Source of the DNA: Paramoeba atlantica
Lineage: Eukaryota > Protista > Discosea
DNA length: 55,829 nucleotides
Reading direction: 5' to 3'
Assembly: GCA_977017575.1 (NCBI GenBank)
Contig: CDRNVI010000101.1
Coordinates: forward strand, 1-55,829
Notes under the pieces: generated by a model
The model's input: the letters and a program-made list of their open reading frames with translations, nothing else
Told to the model about the DNA's origin: nothing
Database searches by the model: none
Position numbers and translations under genes: made by a program
Shown: positions 33,043-44,008 of the stretch, piece by piece
Layout: every line of letters begins with the position of its first letter
How positions within the stretch are numbered: the stretch's first letter is position 1

Positions 33043-33762
33043 TTACTCTACAACAACAAGATTCGTGTTCGAAACAATCTTAAGTATATTTTTTTGTAAC
33101 TCTGGATGAAGTTTACTCACTGCTATTGTACCTTCGAGAAGGGTATTGTTCTCTAATGATAAACTCTCAAGGTTTTCGGGAAAAAATGAGAAATCAACGA
33201 ATCCTTCAAAAGTATTGTCGGCCAAGTATAAAGCTTCCAGAGTGCGAGGAAGTGCCCCGAAATTAAGTTTTCCTGTCAATAAATTATCACTGATGTCCAA
33301 ATACCACAAATCAGCAGGTAACTGTGTAAGGCATACATCACCATACAATTTATTTCTCTCCAGCCATGCGGCATTCAAACATTGCGGGAGCTCTGTGAGA
33401 TCCGGATTTCCTGTGAACGTATTTCTCCCCAGAAAAAAATCTGTCAGCTCTTCTAATCGAGAAAAATCGCTGAGTCCTATTTCACCACCGACAGAGTTGT
33501 ATTCAATGTCAAAACTGGAAACGGATCTTGGAATATACTGAAATTTCATGAATCCTGTTAACTTTTTACCACTCCAGCGTACCTCTTTAATTAGCTTATC
33601 TGCATCGCACGCTATGCCTTCCCATTCACAAGCCGAGCGGTCTGCGGTCCAACTCGCTGCTCGGTTGTGTAAACCACTAGTGAGTCTCTCAAGATCGAAT
33701 TCTTGTAGCACATTCACTGCACGAACCTTTGACGGACATGTTGAACGTTGAGGGTGATCCAT
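33043..33762 (-). CDS. Short LRR protein
   Basis: ACEWEGIAC cap, GNPDLTELP and LRRs; intact 239-aa ORF. Confidence 0.9.
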   Translation of the reverse strand: MDHPQRSTCPSKVRAVNVLQEFDLERLTSGLHNRAASWTADRSACEWEGIACDADKLIKEVRWSGKKLTGFMKFQYIPRSVSSFDIEYNSVGGEIGLSDFSRLEELTDFFLGRNTFTGNPDLTELPQCLNAAWLERNKLYGDVCLTQLPADLWYLDISDNLLTGKLNFGALPRTLEALYLADNTFEGFVDFSFFPENLESLSLENNTLLEGTIAVSKLHPELQKNILKIVSNTNLVVVE

Positions 33763-34061
33763 TTTGCGGGAGAAGGTTCAGATATTCGGTAGGTAAAATA
33801 GACAATAGAATATAAACTTATATTGCTCTTTTGGTAATCAACATGCATGTAGCAGTGTTTGGAAGTTCGTCCCAATGCAATGCATCTCCAACCGGTAAAA
33901 CCATTTGAAAAAATAATGAGTATCGTATACCATATACCAAGAGTCAAGTGTACCATATACCAGTGTAAAGTACAGGTTAAGGCAAACCTAAACATTTACT
34001 TACTCTTTCGGTTCGCTCATCTCGCCTGGTCGGCTTTGTACACAAATGGGATACCGCACCG

Positions 34062-36155
34062 CTACCCGTTGGCACGTCCCCACGTAGAGCAGCGAATGTA
34101 CCTTGCCTGCACGCCCTCCTCCGTTTCCCCGTCGTCGTACTCTACGCGATATTGAATGTGTTGAGGCGACACCGATCGGTTCGGTTTCACAGGCGACAGC
34201 GCTATAATTTTTGCCCGACACCACAGTGTGCCTTGTTGCCACCGCACCTCCACGGTATCCCCCACATTATATGGGGCTGCTTTTTGTGTGTTTTCAAATC
34301 CTATCGGGTTGGAAGGGGTTTCGAGGCTCAGCCTTGTTGTCGAAGCCATAAAGGTCTCGGATTTGGATGACTCGGAAAGTCCAGATACGCCGGTAAAGGG
34401 TAACAGGGTAGTGCTGGAGATATTCGAATCGGGTTTCACATCCGTCCGTTTTCGTATACGCGTCGTTTCGGGGGAGTACACCTCCCTTCTCCTGTCACTG
34501 TCTTTGTTGGTAAAATTTGCTATCTTGGGCTCCGGCATGTCAGGAGCAGAGTGTGCAGTGACGTTCGGAGAGTGGGGATACTCGTTTTGATTTTTCGTCT
34601 TTCTGCATTCAGGCTCCTTGACGCAGCCATAATCCATATCCAAACAAAAGCGCGTGCCCTCCTCGAGATAATGTCGTGGATTCAGCACAATGAGCACCAC
34701 CGAAATGTCATCATGGAAGTGACGACGTTTCCCACATGGGATGGAGAGTAGATCGGGAAGACTCATGGCGTGAGCCGAGGCCACTTTGGTGCGCAGTGCG
34801 TGTCGGATTAAGTCCGCGGGCACGGCGCTGCACCACTCACTGGCATCCGCAGCCTCGGGTCGTGCAAAAACCCGGAAAGGGCTGGATGCGGTCGAAGAGT
34901 CACGATGACGTACAAAGGAGGGAAACTGAGACTCGGCTGGGGTGTGTTTGTGAGTTGAAGGCAATTCTTTTGACTCCGAGGACGCCTTAATTTGTTCGTC
35001 TCTCCACACAACGCTTTTGGAGTGATTCTCCAAGTCTCGGTCCTGCAGGCATTCATCGGTAAATCGTTGAGCGGCTCTCCTTAACAGCACGTCCGTGAGA
35101 TACACAATCTCCTCATTTGTGAGTAAATTATGTAACCCATCGGACATCAAAACTACAAAAAGATCACTAACGGAGACCAGACGAGAAGTAATCTCCGGGC
35201 TGGCATGGATATAAGGGATATAATCGGAATACGGCGTCATGGAGAGATTTTTATGTTTTAAATAACCGTCCCCGAGACTCCGGGTGACCATTAAGCTCCC
35301 CGCAACCCGCAAAGGGGCGCCTGGGACTTTCAAATGGAAAGGAGTACGGCGTAGGGGGGTGGGATCCGAGGTGCGGGCTTGAAGATCGGAAACCTCGGAT
35401 TCGTTCTCAACATCGTGGTCCCGGGTCAGGGGAATGGCCTCGAGTATGGAGATGTATCCGTTCTGTGAGATAGAACAGCTGCGCGTGCTCGAAATCCTGG
35501 ACACGGGTGGTTCCATAGCAGAAAACGAAAATGGCTTTGATTTTTTTGACGCGGGTGAAATGATCCGGATTTTTTCTTCCTCCGCGAATTGCAAGGATGC
35601 GGATTGAGACGCCCTTTTTTCTTTTGAATTTTTACAGAACTGTGCTTCGTTATTTTCCAAATTAGCGTTTCCATACTCCCGAACAATACGCATCCTACTT
35701 CCTGACCTTCCTTTAGAAATTTTCATTTCCTTCGACATTTTCTCATTTTTTTCTGTTTCTTCTTCTCGCGTAATGCGACGGCGACACAACACAGCTCGAC
35801 AGTCCCCGACATGGGCTGTCGTAATCCGCTCTTTTCCCAACACCAACGTCAGAGCACACGCCCCGGATGTCTTCTTCCGTACCCCCTCCGTAGCCAGAAA
35901 TTCCCTGTCCATGTTCTCGTAGCTCGCGCGTAACGCTGCCTCGATGGAGCTCGCGTTTGTATTGTGGATTTGAGAAAAATAAGTATCCGCAATTTCGGGA
36001 AATTCTGCAGCACAATAGGAGGAGCATACCGGCCCTCCGTGGCCATCAAACAAGGAGAACAAGGCAAGGCTTTGGTTGCGAACATAGCCGAAGCAAGCGC
36101 GGTCCTCGTTGTGGGTGTTGGCTGCGACGGTCGCGAAAGAAACAGGGCGCGTCAT
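34062..36155 (-). CDS. PP2C/PPM phosphatase with C-terminal Tudor/Agenet-like domain
   Basis: FDGHGG, HVGDCRAVL, LTRDH, VTRSLGDGYLK, MSDGL, RRHFHDDISV; C-terminal VGDTVEVRW...YRVEYDDGETE. Confidence 0.9.
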   Translation of the reverse strand: MTRPVSFATVAANTHNEDRACFGYVRNQSLALFSLFDGHGGPVCSSYCAAEFPEIADTYFSQIHNTNASSIEAALRASYENMDREFLATEGVRKKTSGACALTLVLGKERITTAHVGDCRAVLCRRRITREEETEKNEKMSKEMKISKGRSGSRMRIVREYGNANLENNEAQFCKNSKEKRASQSASLQFAEEEKIRIISPASKKSKPFSFSAMEPPVSRISSTRSCSISQNGYISILEAIPLTRDHDVENESEVSDLQARTSDPTPLRRTPFHLKVPGAPLRVAGSLMVTRSLGDGYLKHKNLSMTPYSDYIPYIHASPEITSRLVSVSDLFVVLMSDGLHNLLTNEEIVYLTDVLLRRAAQRFTDECLQDRDLENHSKSVVWRDEQIKASSESKELPSTHKHTPAESQFPSFVRHRDSSTASSPFRVFARPEAADASEWCSAVPADLIRHALRTKVASAHAMSLPDLLSIPCGKRRHFHDDISVVLIVLNPRHYLEEGTRFCLDMDYGCVKEPECRKTKNQNEYPHSPNVTAHSAPDMPEPKIANFTNKDSDRRREVYSPETTRIRKRTDVKPDSNISSTTLLPFTGVSGLSESSKSETFMASTTRLSLETPSNPIGFENTQKAAPYNVGDTVEVRWQQGTLWCRAKIIALSPVKPNRSVSPQHIQYRVEYDDGETEEGVQARYIRCSTWGRANG

Positions 36156-36408
36156 ATAAAATCGTACAAAGTATACCGCAAGGTGATATAAATGGTAAGT
36201 CGGAGTTGTGAGTTAGCACTAATTCTTCTTAAACCACCGGTGTGAACTGTAGTTAAGGTTGGTGAAAGAAAATGATAATATAATAATAATAATAATGATC
36301 ATATAATAATAAAGTTTACTTTCTGCAATATTACACATATAACTATGAACTAAAACTAGAAAGATATAGAAAATTTATTGCTTTAGTCTTCCACGGTTAT
36401 CAGCGTGT

Positions 36409-36831
36409 TCACCCAACTTTTCTGTCCAGTGCAGCAAAGTGTTTCTGTCCCTCTAATAGCCAACGGTAGCCCTGTAAGACGAACCTGTTCATACATTTCT
36501 CGATTATCGTCCAACAACAAACCATGCAATCCCCACGGAAGAGCAGCAAAATCGAAAAACCCCGAAAAACGATTTTTAGATATACTGTAGATAAGAAGGC
36601 TAACGATCGAGGGAGAAGTGATACATCAATTTCCCCAGTAAATAGATTTCCTGTTAAACAAAACGATTCCAGTCCAGGGGGCAAAACTGTAAAGTCCACT
36701 GACCCCGCAAGTCCGCAATAAGCAGCAGAAAAATGAATGATTATTGATGGAAAGTGCTCCCACTTTAGGTTTCCACCCAGATCGTACAAGGCCCATTGTA
36801 TTTCATCGATGTTACCAGAGGAGCTTTGCAT
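36409..36831 (-). pseudogene. Degenerate or short LRR gene
   Basis: GSVDFTVLPPGLESFCLTGNLFTGEIDVSLLPRSL; the N-terminal cap is not in frame. Confidence 0.6.
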
Positions 36832-37493
36832 TGTTTTTATGCCATTCCACTCACATACAGGATCCTAACATTATTCGAAATTCTTCATTATCAATAGCAT
36901 TCTTACGTATGTATTTTATACGTTCTAACCCTCCTGTCTCCCGGTGGCGTTTAACCCATCGAGAGACAGTTGCTTCACTTCATTTCGTAAAAGCAGCACT
37001 GTCTGCAATCGAACGCCTCTGGTTTTGTATCTCATGGAGGCAAATTACACGTGTTTCATAAGTGATTTGTTGCGTCCAGAAGGTGCGCCTCTGGCGGCGA
37101 AGTGTTTTCGGCATAAAATGGGTTAGAAAGAGTTAAATGGTATTTTATTCATAGTTTGATGCGCTAGAATGACAAAAAATGATAAAAATCTGATTTTTTG
37201 CAGAATTTGTGGTTAAGAATTTCAGTAATTTATTCTCAAGTCGTCATATCAGCTTCAGGGGCGGCAACAATGGTGCCAGTAGTCTTAAAATTTCGAGATC
37301 TGTTGAATGCCGTAGGAATTAGGTCAAAAGCTCGCACGATACAAATTTTAGACCCCCCCACCTTTTTCGTGACCCCCCCTGTATAGTGGCGATGCCGCAT
37401 TTTATGCATACCCCCCTACTATTCGCAATAAAAAAAGTTAAGAACACGATCCTACGAATATTGAGACGGATAGGTTCGCGTAATAAATACGTT

Positions 37494-37678
37494 TCAAGAC
37501 TCTTCTTGAATCCACGACGGAGGAATGTTCCACCATGCTCGAGTAGGCATGTGACTGCGGGCTATTGTTCCATTAAGCCCAGGATTCCCTGTTATGTCGA
37601 ATCCAGCAACAGGCTTTGCAAGATTCGAGTGCACCAGACAGGAAAGATCCACAAATCCGGTGAATTGACAATTGGATA
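37494..37678 (-). pseudogene. LRR gene 3' part (orphaned)
   Basis: SNCQFTGFVDLSCLVH...WIQEES; the upstream part is cut off by the 576-bp insert. Confidence 0.85.
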
Positions 37679-38254
37679 GTGTTTTATCATGCACTTATAG
37701 TGCAGAGATTTACTCACCATGTCCTTATCCCGCATACGCCGGGTGGATCATGTGAGGTTTCGTCCTCGCCGGAGGTGTGCGGGTGCGGAGAGCTGGCGTC
37801 CCAGGTGCAGAGAGCTCGGTTGTCATGTGCAGGTGCAGAGAGCCGGATGCGTAATCCCCATATTACAGTTTCGGGGGCAATCCGGGTGCAGAGAGCTGCG
37901 ACAGAGCCGAGGTGCGGAGAGCTGGGCGACCGCCAGGTGCAGAGAACCGAGTCTCGTCGGCGGAGGACACGTCTAGTGGTCCTCAAGGGAGGCCACCGTG
38001 ACGCATGGCCCTCTCGGAGAGGAAAAAGACAAGTCGAAAAAAGCCGAGAGGGGGAAGCACACTCACTCCAGGGGAGTGAGTCGGGGAGGGGTGAAGTGGT
38101 GAAAGCGCGTCCCCTGCTTCAGCGACAAGAGGGACAGTTCCGACCTTAGTGCCGGCCGGCAACGGGCATGAAAATACAGTAAGAGTATGCCCGTTGCCGG
38201 GGAAAGAAAGGATGAACTAAGGAAAAAGTACCAACAAGGTACAGAAACTGTATC
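37679..38254 (-). mobile_element. 576-bp spliced-leader-headed non-coding insert (SINE-like), copy A
   Basis: Begins GATACAGTTTCTGTACCTTG; splits LRR codons ...GTGTTAAA | TATCCAAT...; GC-rich with CTCTCTGCACC repeats. Confidence 0.75.
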
Positions 38255-38315
38255 TTTAACACATCAATGTTGGGAGGTAAATGAGCAAAGTCCAGCTCGC
38301 CTGTGAATAAATTGT
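38255..38315 (-). pseudogene. LRR gene middle fragment
   Basis: Encodes NLFTGELDFAHLPPNIDVL between the two inserts. Confidence 0.85.
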
Positions 38316-40095
38316 TTTTATTTTTTCATACTTTCCAGTAGAGTAAGTCGGGGGTATGACCCGCATTCAACGGGATTGCCCCCTTTTTAGAAGACAATGT
38401 CAATACGTTTCCTCCTCCGACCATGTCGCCTCATTTCGGCGAGCCCAGAGTATGTAAGTCCCCCTGAGGGCCATCTGTGTCATGCTTTCTCGACACTTTG
38501 TGGCCAAAATATGGTCGCCGTTAAAGATGGCATTACTATATTTGCATGACCCATTGGGGAATCCCCGGGCACCTATTTCAAAGGCTATTATGTAGGTGTC
38601 CGGGTTTTCCTGTCGCCGTGTATGTAAAAGGATGTTGTACTTCTCGGATTTTCTCCGATGAGCGTTCTCCGCATTCTCCTCCCATGGGACTGTGAGTTCG
38701 ATGAGGAACTCTGTCCCATTGTGAAGTTTAATGTAACCGTCGGGACGGAGCAGTGTATCGTGTTCCCTCAGCCAAGCTGGTGGGTTACGCTCTCCTGGTA
38801 GGTCGAAATATGAAAACTCAGTTCCCTGTGCTTCCCTAATATGTTTCGCAAATTCGGCAAGGACAAGGTTATGACGGAAAGTATATCGTCCTTGCTGAAG
38901 TGAAGTGGTGCAGGCGGAAAGGGTGTGTCTGACGGTTTGCACTCGGTCGTTGCAAATAGGGCATTTCATGTTACTGTAGGTGCTGCGGCCCCATTGAACA
39001 AGCGCTGCTCGGGAAGGGAGCGGTGTAAGAGTCATGACGGATGCTACAAAGCGGGAGATCTTCGCATTCCGGATCCCATTTATGGCAGAAGCGAATTCTT
39101 GGGCCATTTCTGGATCCGTAGGAAATTGCCACCATAGGGCTGCGATGGGCGCGCGTTGCTGCTCCTCATGTGCTTCACGAAGCCGTTGACGAGTCATTCG
39201 GGGATCATCCAGATGTTCTGTAATTAAAGTAGCGGGTCATATTTGACCTCTTTGACGTTTGTGTTGCTCTTCCTGTATGCGTATGCGAAGTGTATGTAGG
39301 ACATTTGGATCTTTGGATTTGTTCATTTGCGTCATAGATTCTCCCGTGCATTCGTACCAAAGTTTTGACAGGCTCGTAAGGTTCCAGCCTCGGCAAGAGT
39401 ACAGGACTTCAGAGCTTCCGGCACGCGCCATGTTTATCCATTTCCGTATGTGAGACGTGGCTCGCTTCTGAAGGCGTAGCACGGATCCGAATAACGATGG
39501 GTGAAATTAACGACGGGTGAATAACGAACTGAAAACGGAGACGTGAGAGAACGGCATTTTTGTACATCAAAAGCTTAGCGGGAAGGCTGTGGGCACTTTG
39601 TGTGATGTTCTCCATCCACTGTTTTAGTTTTGAGTCGAGTTTACGAAACAGCTCTTTCAGTTGTTGGGACCCCGGTGCCAAGGTCATCCCGAGGAAGGTG
39701 CTACCGACATCACATATGTGTGGTATGGTCTCTCCGTAGACTTTTATTTCCGGACGTCTTGTCATATAGCCTGGATGTTCCTCGCCTTTACGGGTGCTCA
39801 TGCACTGTATTCGACTCTTGTTCACGTTAATCTTAAGGCCTAGCTCGCCCAGCACTTTGGTAACTGCATCAAGTGCGTTTTGCATGTCTCCGTCGCTTTC
39901 AGTAAGAATAGTTAAGTTATCAGCAAAAGCCTTAAGGAAGTTGTTCAGACCGTTTGGGAGTTTCATACCGAAGTGCGGGCAGGAGAATCGGACATATCGC
40001 AAAACAATTTACATCACTATCAGGAAGACAATAGGAGAGAGGGTATCCCCTTGGAGGACACCTTTTCGTATAGAGATAGGTTGCGTAAGACCTTC

Positions 40096-43000
40096 CTAGC
40101 ACTTAATGCGCATGTGCGCATCCGTTAGGGTATTTTTGATGTAGTGGATGACCTCCGGCGGTACTTGGGCCCATTTCAGAGCGGCATGTATGATATGATG
40201 TGGGACAGACCCGAAGGCATTGCTCAGGTCGAGTTGTGCGAGGCAATATTGAGTTTTGTGTTTCTGGTAATGTCGCAGGAGTGAGCAAAGAGTTTGGGTG
40301 TGTTCCAGTGTACCGTTAATGGAAGGGAGAAAGCCTTTTTGTATTTGAGGGTCAATGACATGGTGTTCAGTCAGGTGTTGAGTCAGTCGATGTGCGATGA
40401 TCGTGTGAAAGGTTTTACCTAGAGCACTAGTAAGGGAGATCGGGCGCCAGTTTTTCGGATTTTCTTTGCTACCTGCTTTATATATCAGCCTGGTTACTGC
40501 GGTTTTCCATGATAGCGGGCACACAGAGAAAGTCATTATATCGTTGAACACAGATGCAAAGTATTCGTGTGTCGATGGGCAGTTTTTGAGTATTTTGTTA
40601 GTTATCGTGTCGGTTCCTGGAGAACTGGCGTTGCGCTTCATTGTGACAGCTGCAGTGACATCCTCACGGGAGATCGGGTTCCATTGCATTGGCTGGCTAG
40701 CTGTCGGACCTAGTAGATCTGAAGGAGGGAGACGCGAGGATTGCTCATTGGGGGTAAAACTTTCTTGAAAGTATGATTCAATGCTAGATCTGTCACAGGT
40801 GGGAAATGCGGTGTTTTCTACCTCTCTTCCGTTAGGTTTATCAATCGTTTCGGATGCCGCGGTCCACGAGTTTCTAGAGAATCTCTGTGCGGCCCATCTT
40901 TCATCTAGATCTCTGCGTTGCATTGTAGCTTCCTCCTCCCTCAGCTTGATCGCTTTGCGACATTCCTTAATTTGTGCCCGCGTTCTCTCGCGTTCCGCCC
41001 GGTTCCTCGTGTAACGTAGCGATCGTTTCATCGTTTCTAAATGGTGTTTGAGATCGGTTACGGTTCTTTCCGCCGCGAGTGGTCGGTATCTACGTCGTGC
41101 ATGTCCGGTACTGGTCCTTATCAGGAAACCTTTCGTCGGATTTGCCTCTATGGCGACTTCATGTGCTGAGACTGCTAATGCGGCACTGAGTAATTCCGCG
41201 TTTCGTACAGCTGCCTCTTTATCCGGTGTAGGGGTAAGTAGTTGAATGCATCTCTCTTTCGCTCTCGATTCGACAATCCGCCACTGTGCCTCATTTAGTC
41301 GTATCGTAACCTTACCTCCGCTTATGGCTTCGTGCTTCTGGAGAAGTTGCGTTTGCAATCTGGTTCGAGAGTAGGCTGCTTGCTCGGGGGAGGCAGGGTA
41401 CTCTGCAGCCGGAGGAGGGCTGTTCGGGTGCTGGATGGCTGCTGCATCGGTCTCTGAGTCTTCGGTGTCTCTTTGCGTAGTGTTCCTCCGGGCATACACT
41501 GGTCCGTATACTTTGCAGCACTTGTGGGCACATTCCACTTTGTTTCGACATGTGTGCTGACACGGGTGCAAACTAAGCTTCGTAGGTGCCCTACTGATAG
41601 TTTGGATGCGGTGAGGGGATACTTCTCGGCACGGGTTCTTTTCATAGTGTACGTCTGAGGGATCTTCATCCCGCTTATGTAGTGTAATATGCAGATGTTG
41701 AAGGAGGGGCACATCCCGTCCGGCAAGAACCTTGAGGATTGCGCGGCCGAGTGCTCCCGCGGAGCTGTATGACTCACCAAGTTTGAAGGTATCATCTTTG
41801 TAGAGGGAAGTCCAGCTGGCGTGCCGTCGGTGTTCTTGCGCGTGCGCTTGTTTTACAACCCTTATATAGTCACATCCCTGGTGATCCATGAGTTCGTCCA
41901 GTGAGGCTGGCTGAACAATTAGGTCGTGGGAGCTTCCGTTCCCTGAAAGCATTTTACTGAGTGCCGCTTGCGCTGCTTGATGAGAAGCAATTCTGGCCAA
42001 ATGAAGATTTTGTTTGTGTTGAAGCGATGCACTCAGTCCAGTAGGTGTTGTGGCGGCGTCATCTAGGTTTCCCGAGTGTTGGTTGTTGAACACCCAGGTG
42101 GGAACTTCATCCGTGCTTTCTTCCAGTAGGATGTGATGGTCTACGGAGACGCTAGGTACCGGTAGTGGGGAAGGGAGGCGAGCGAGCACCTCGGGATACA
42201 GAGATTCTGTATTTTGGTTTTCGTATCCAGGGATCTCGTCGTTTTTAGTGGCACTGCATGAGGTAGCTATCGCGGCGTCGTTTTTGCTGTCGCAGTTTGG
42301 TTGCTCGGGAGCGCGATTTTCAAGGTGCAATAGTGGATTCGTACAATTGGGTTCATCATTCTCTGCTTGTACATTATGCGCGCTTGGAGCTTTGGGGGTA
42401 AGGAAGTCTATGTACCAGAGAAAGATGCGTAGTGGTAATTTTACAAGTTCCAAAATGATGGTCGATGTTGATGTCTTCTTGGTCTTCCCAAGTAGCAACC
42501 AAAGTTCATCGTATTTCCGTGAGACAGGCGTTTTGAAGTTGGAGAGGGTTAGATAGATCTGGTTGATTGCCACTGGAACTAGAGGTATGCTGCTTCGCAA
42601 AAGACTGAGCGCATACCATGTGAGTGCGAATATTAAGTGGACAAGTGTGCAGAATAGTTCCATGAGGTACTTCACGTTATGAAATAGTATTGCAACCTTG
42701 AGGGTCTGCTCCGTGTAGGGGTTGCTCATTTGATCTGGAGTAGTGTGTACTAAGTGGCGTTTGCAGCAGGCATGCTTGCATGTGTTTTTGTTTAGACATT
42801 TAAGTTTACATGGCTTCGTTTGAGGTGGTTCTGTAGAGTTTCGGCAATATGCAGGTTGGGTTACGAAGTAGGGTATTTTCATGAATATTGTCGCCAGTAA
42901 TGCTTCGACGATGCAATATACTCTCCCGAAGAATCTCGGTGGGGTGCTTATATTCGTCAAGTTCGGTGCTGTAGGAATATCGATTTTGTTTATGCGAGGC

Positions 43001-43275
43001 TGTTGCCTCTTACAACACGGGTGAAGACATGTTCGTTTGTTGAGGCACCTGTGTTTACATGGTGTTCCGTGGGTCATGGGGGTTTGCGGTACCATATTTG
43101 CAGTCACTAGTTCGGTTGGCGTGACGCATGATGGTCGTTCGGAGGGGGCACCATTCTCGTCGACGGGACGTCCATGGTCTAAGAGATCAACGGTTGACAT
43201 ATCAACGCCGCGTGGTCCTCCTGTAAGGTCCTGCGGCGCATCAGCATGAGTGCAATGTGAAGGGGGTCGCGTCAT
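40096..43275 (-). pseudogene. Retrotransposon ORF, N-terminal 1059 aa up to the first premature stop
   Basis: Continues in frame through TAG (40096-40098) and TAA (40009-40011) into GVLQGDTLSP and FADN. Confidence 0.9.
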
Positions 43276-43304
43276 GGTAACGATAAAGATAAGAGAAAAA
43301 AAAA

Positions 43305-43333
43305 CAAGGTACAGAAACTGTATTTTTATCGTT
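43305..43333 (-). other. Spliced-leader (mini-exon)-like sequence AACGATAAAAATACAGTTTCTGTACCTTG
   Basis: Contains the kinetoplastid/diplonemid SL core CAGTTTCTGTAC; starts exactly where the flank stops matching 37041. Confidence 0.8.
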
Positions 43334-43483
43334 CAAATTACACGTGTTTCATAAGTGATTTGTTGCGTCCAGAAGATGCGCCTCTGGCGGCGAAGTGTTT
43401 TCGGCATAAAATGGGTTAGAAAGAGTTAAATGGTATTTTATTCATAGTTTGATGCGCTAGAATGACAAAAAATGATAAAAATC

Positions 43484-43531
<48 letters not shown>

Positions 43532-43823
43532 AGAATTTGTGGTTAAGAATTTCAGTAATTTATTCTCAAGTCGTCATATCAGCTTCAGGGGCGGCAACAA
43601 TGGTGCCAGTAGTCTTAAAATTTCGAGATCTGTTGAATGCCGTAGGAATTAGGTCAAAAGCTCGCACGATACAAATTTTAGACCCCCCCACCTTTTTCGT
43701 GACCCCCCCTGTATAGTGGCGATGCCGCATTTTATGCATACCCCCCTACTATTCGCAATAAAAAAAGTTAAGAACACGATCCTACGAATATTGAGACGGA
43801 TAGGTTCGCGTAATAAATACGTT

Positions 43824-44008
43824 TCAAGACTCTTCTTGAATCCACGACGGAGGAATGTTCCACCATGCTCGAGTAGGCATGTGACTGCGGGCTATTGTTC
43901 CATTAAGCCCAGGATTCCCTGTTATGTCGAATCCAGCAACAGGCTTTGCAAGATTCGAGTGCACCAGACAGGAAAGATCCACAAATCCGGTGAATTGACA
44001 ATTGGATA
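43824..44008 (-). pseudogene. LRR gene 3' part, duplicate
   Basis: Identical to 37494-37678. Confidence 0.85.

Larger units (their letters stand above)
37041..38721. repeat. 1.7-kb direct repeat, copy A
   Basis: Essentially identical to 43334-45051 apart from a T-run length and a few single-base differences. Confidence 0.95.
38316..43333 (-). mobile_element. Full-length RLE-type non-LTR retrotransposon (~5.0 kb), copy 2, defective
   Basis: One ancestral ORF from ATG 43275 to stop 38400, with three Cys-rich motifs, RT, CCHC knuckle and PD-(D/E)xK endonuclease; 5' SL sequence; A-rich 3' end. Confidence 0.95.

Noticed and set aside
37757-37767. Hammerhead ribozyme half-core GAGGACGAAAC in the SL-headed insert
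   Set aside because: The required CUGANGA strand is absent upstream; I also could not fit an HDV-like (Pr77) fold by eye.
37679-38149. 156-aa plus-strand ORF in the 576-bp insert as a real gene
   Set aside because: It has no recognisable motif, is GC-rich and repetitive, and is antisense to the SL orientation.
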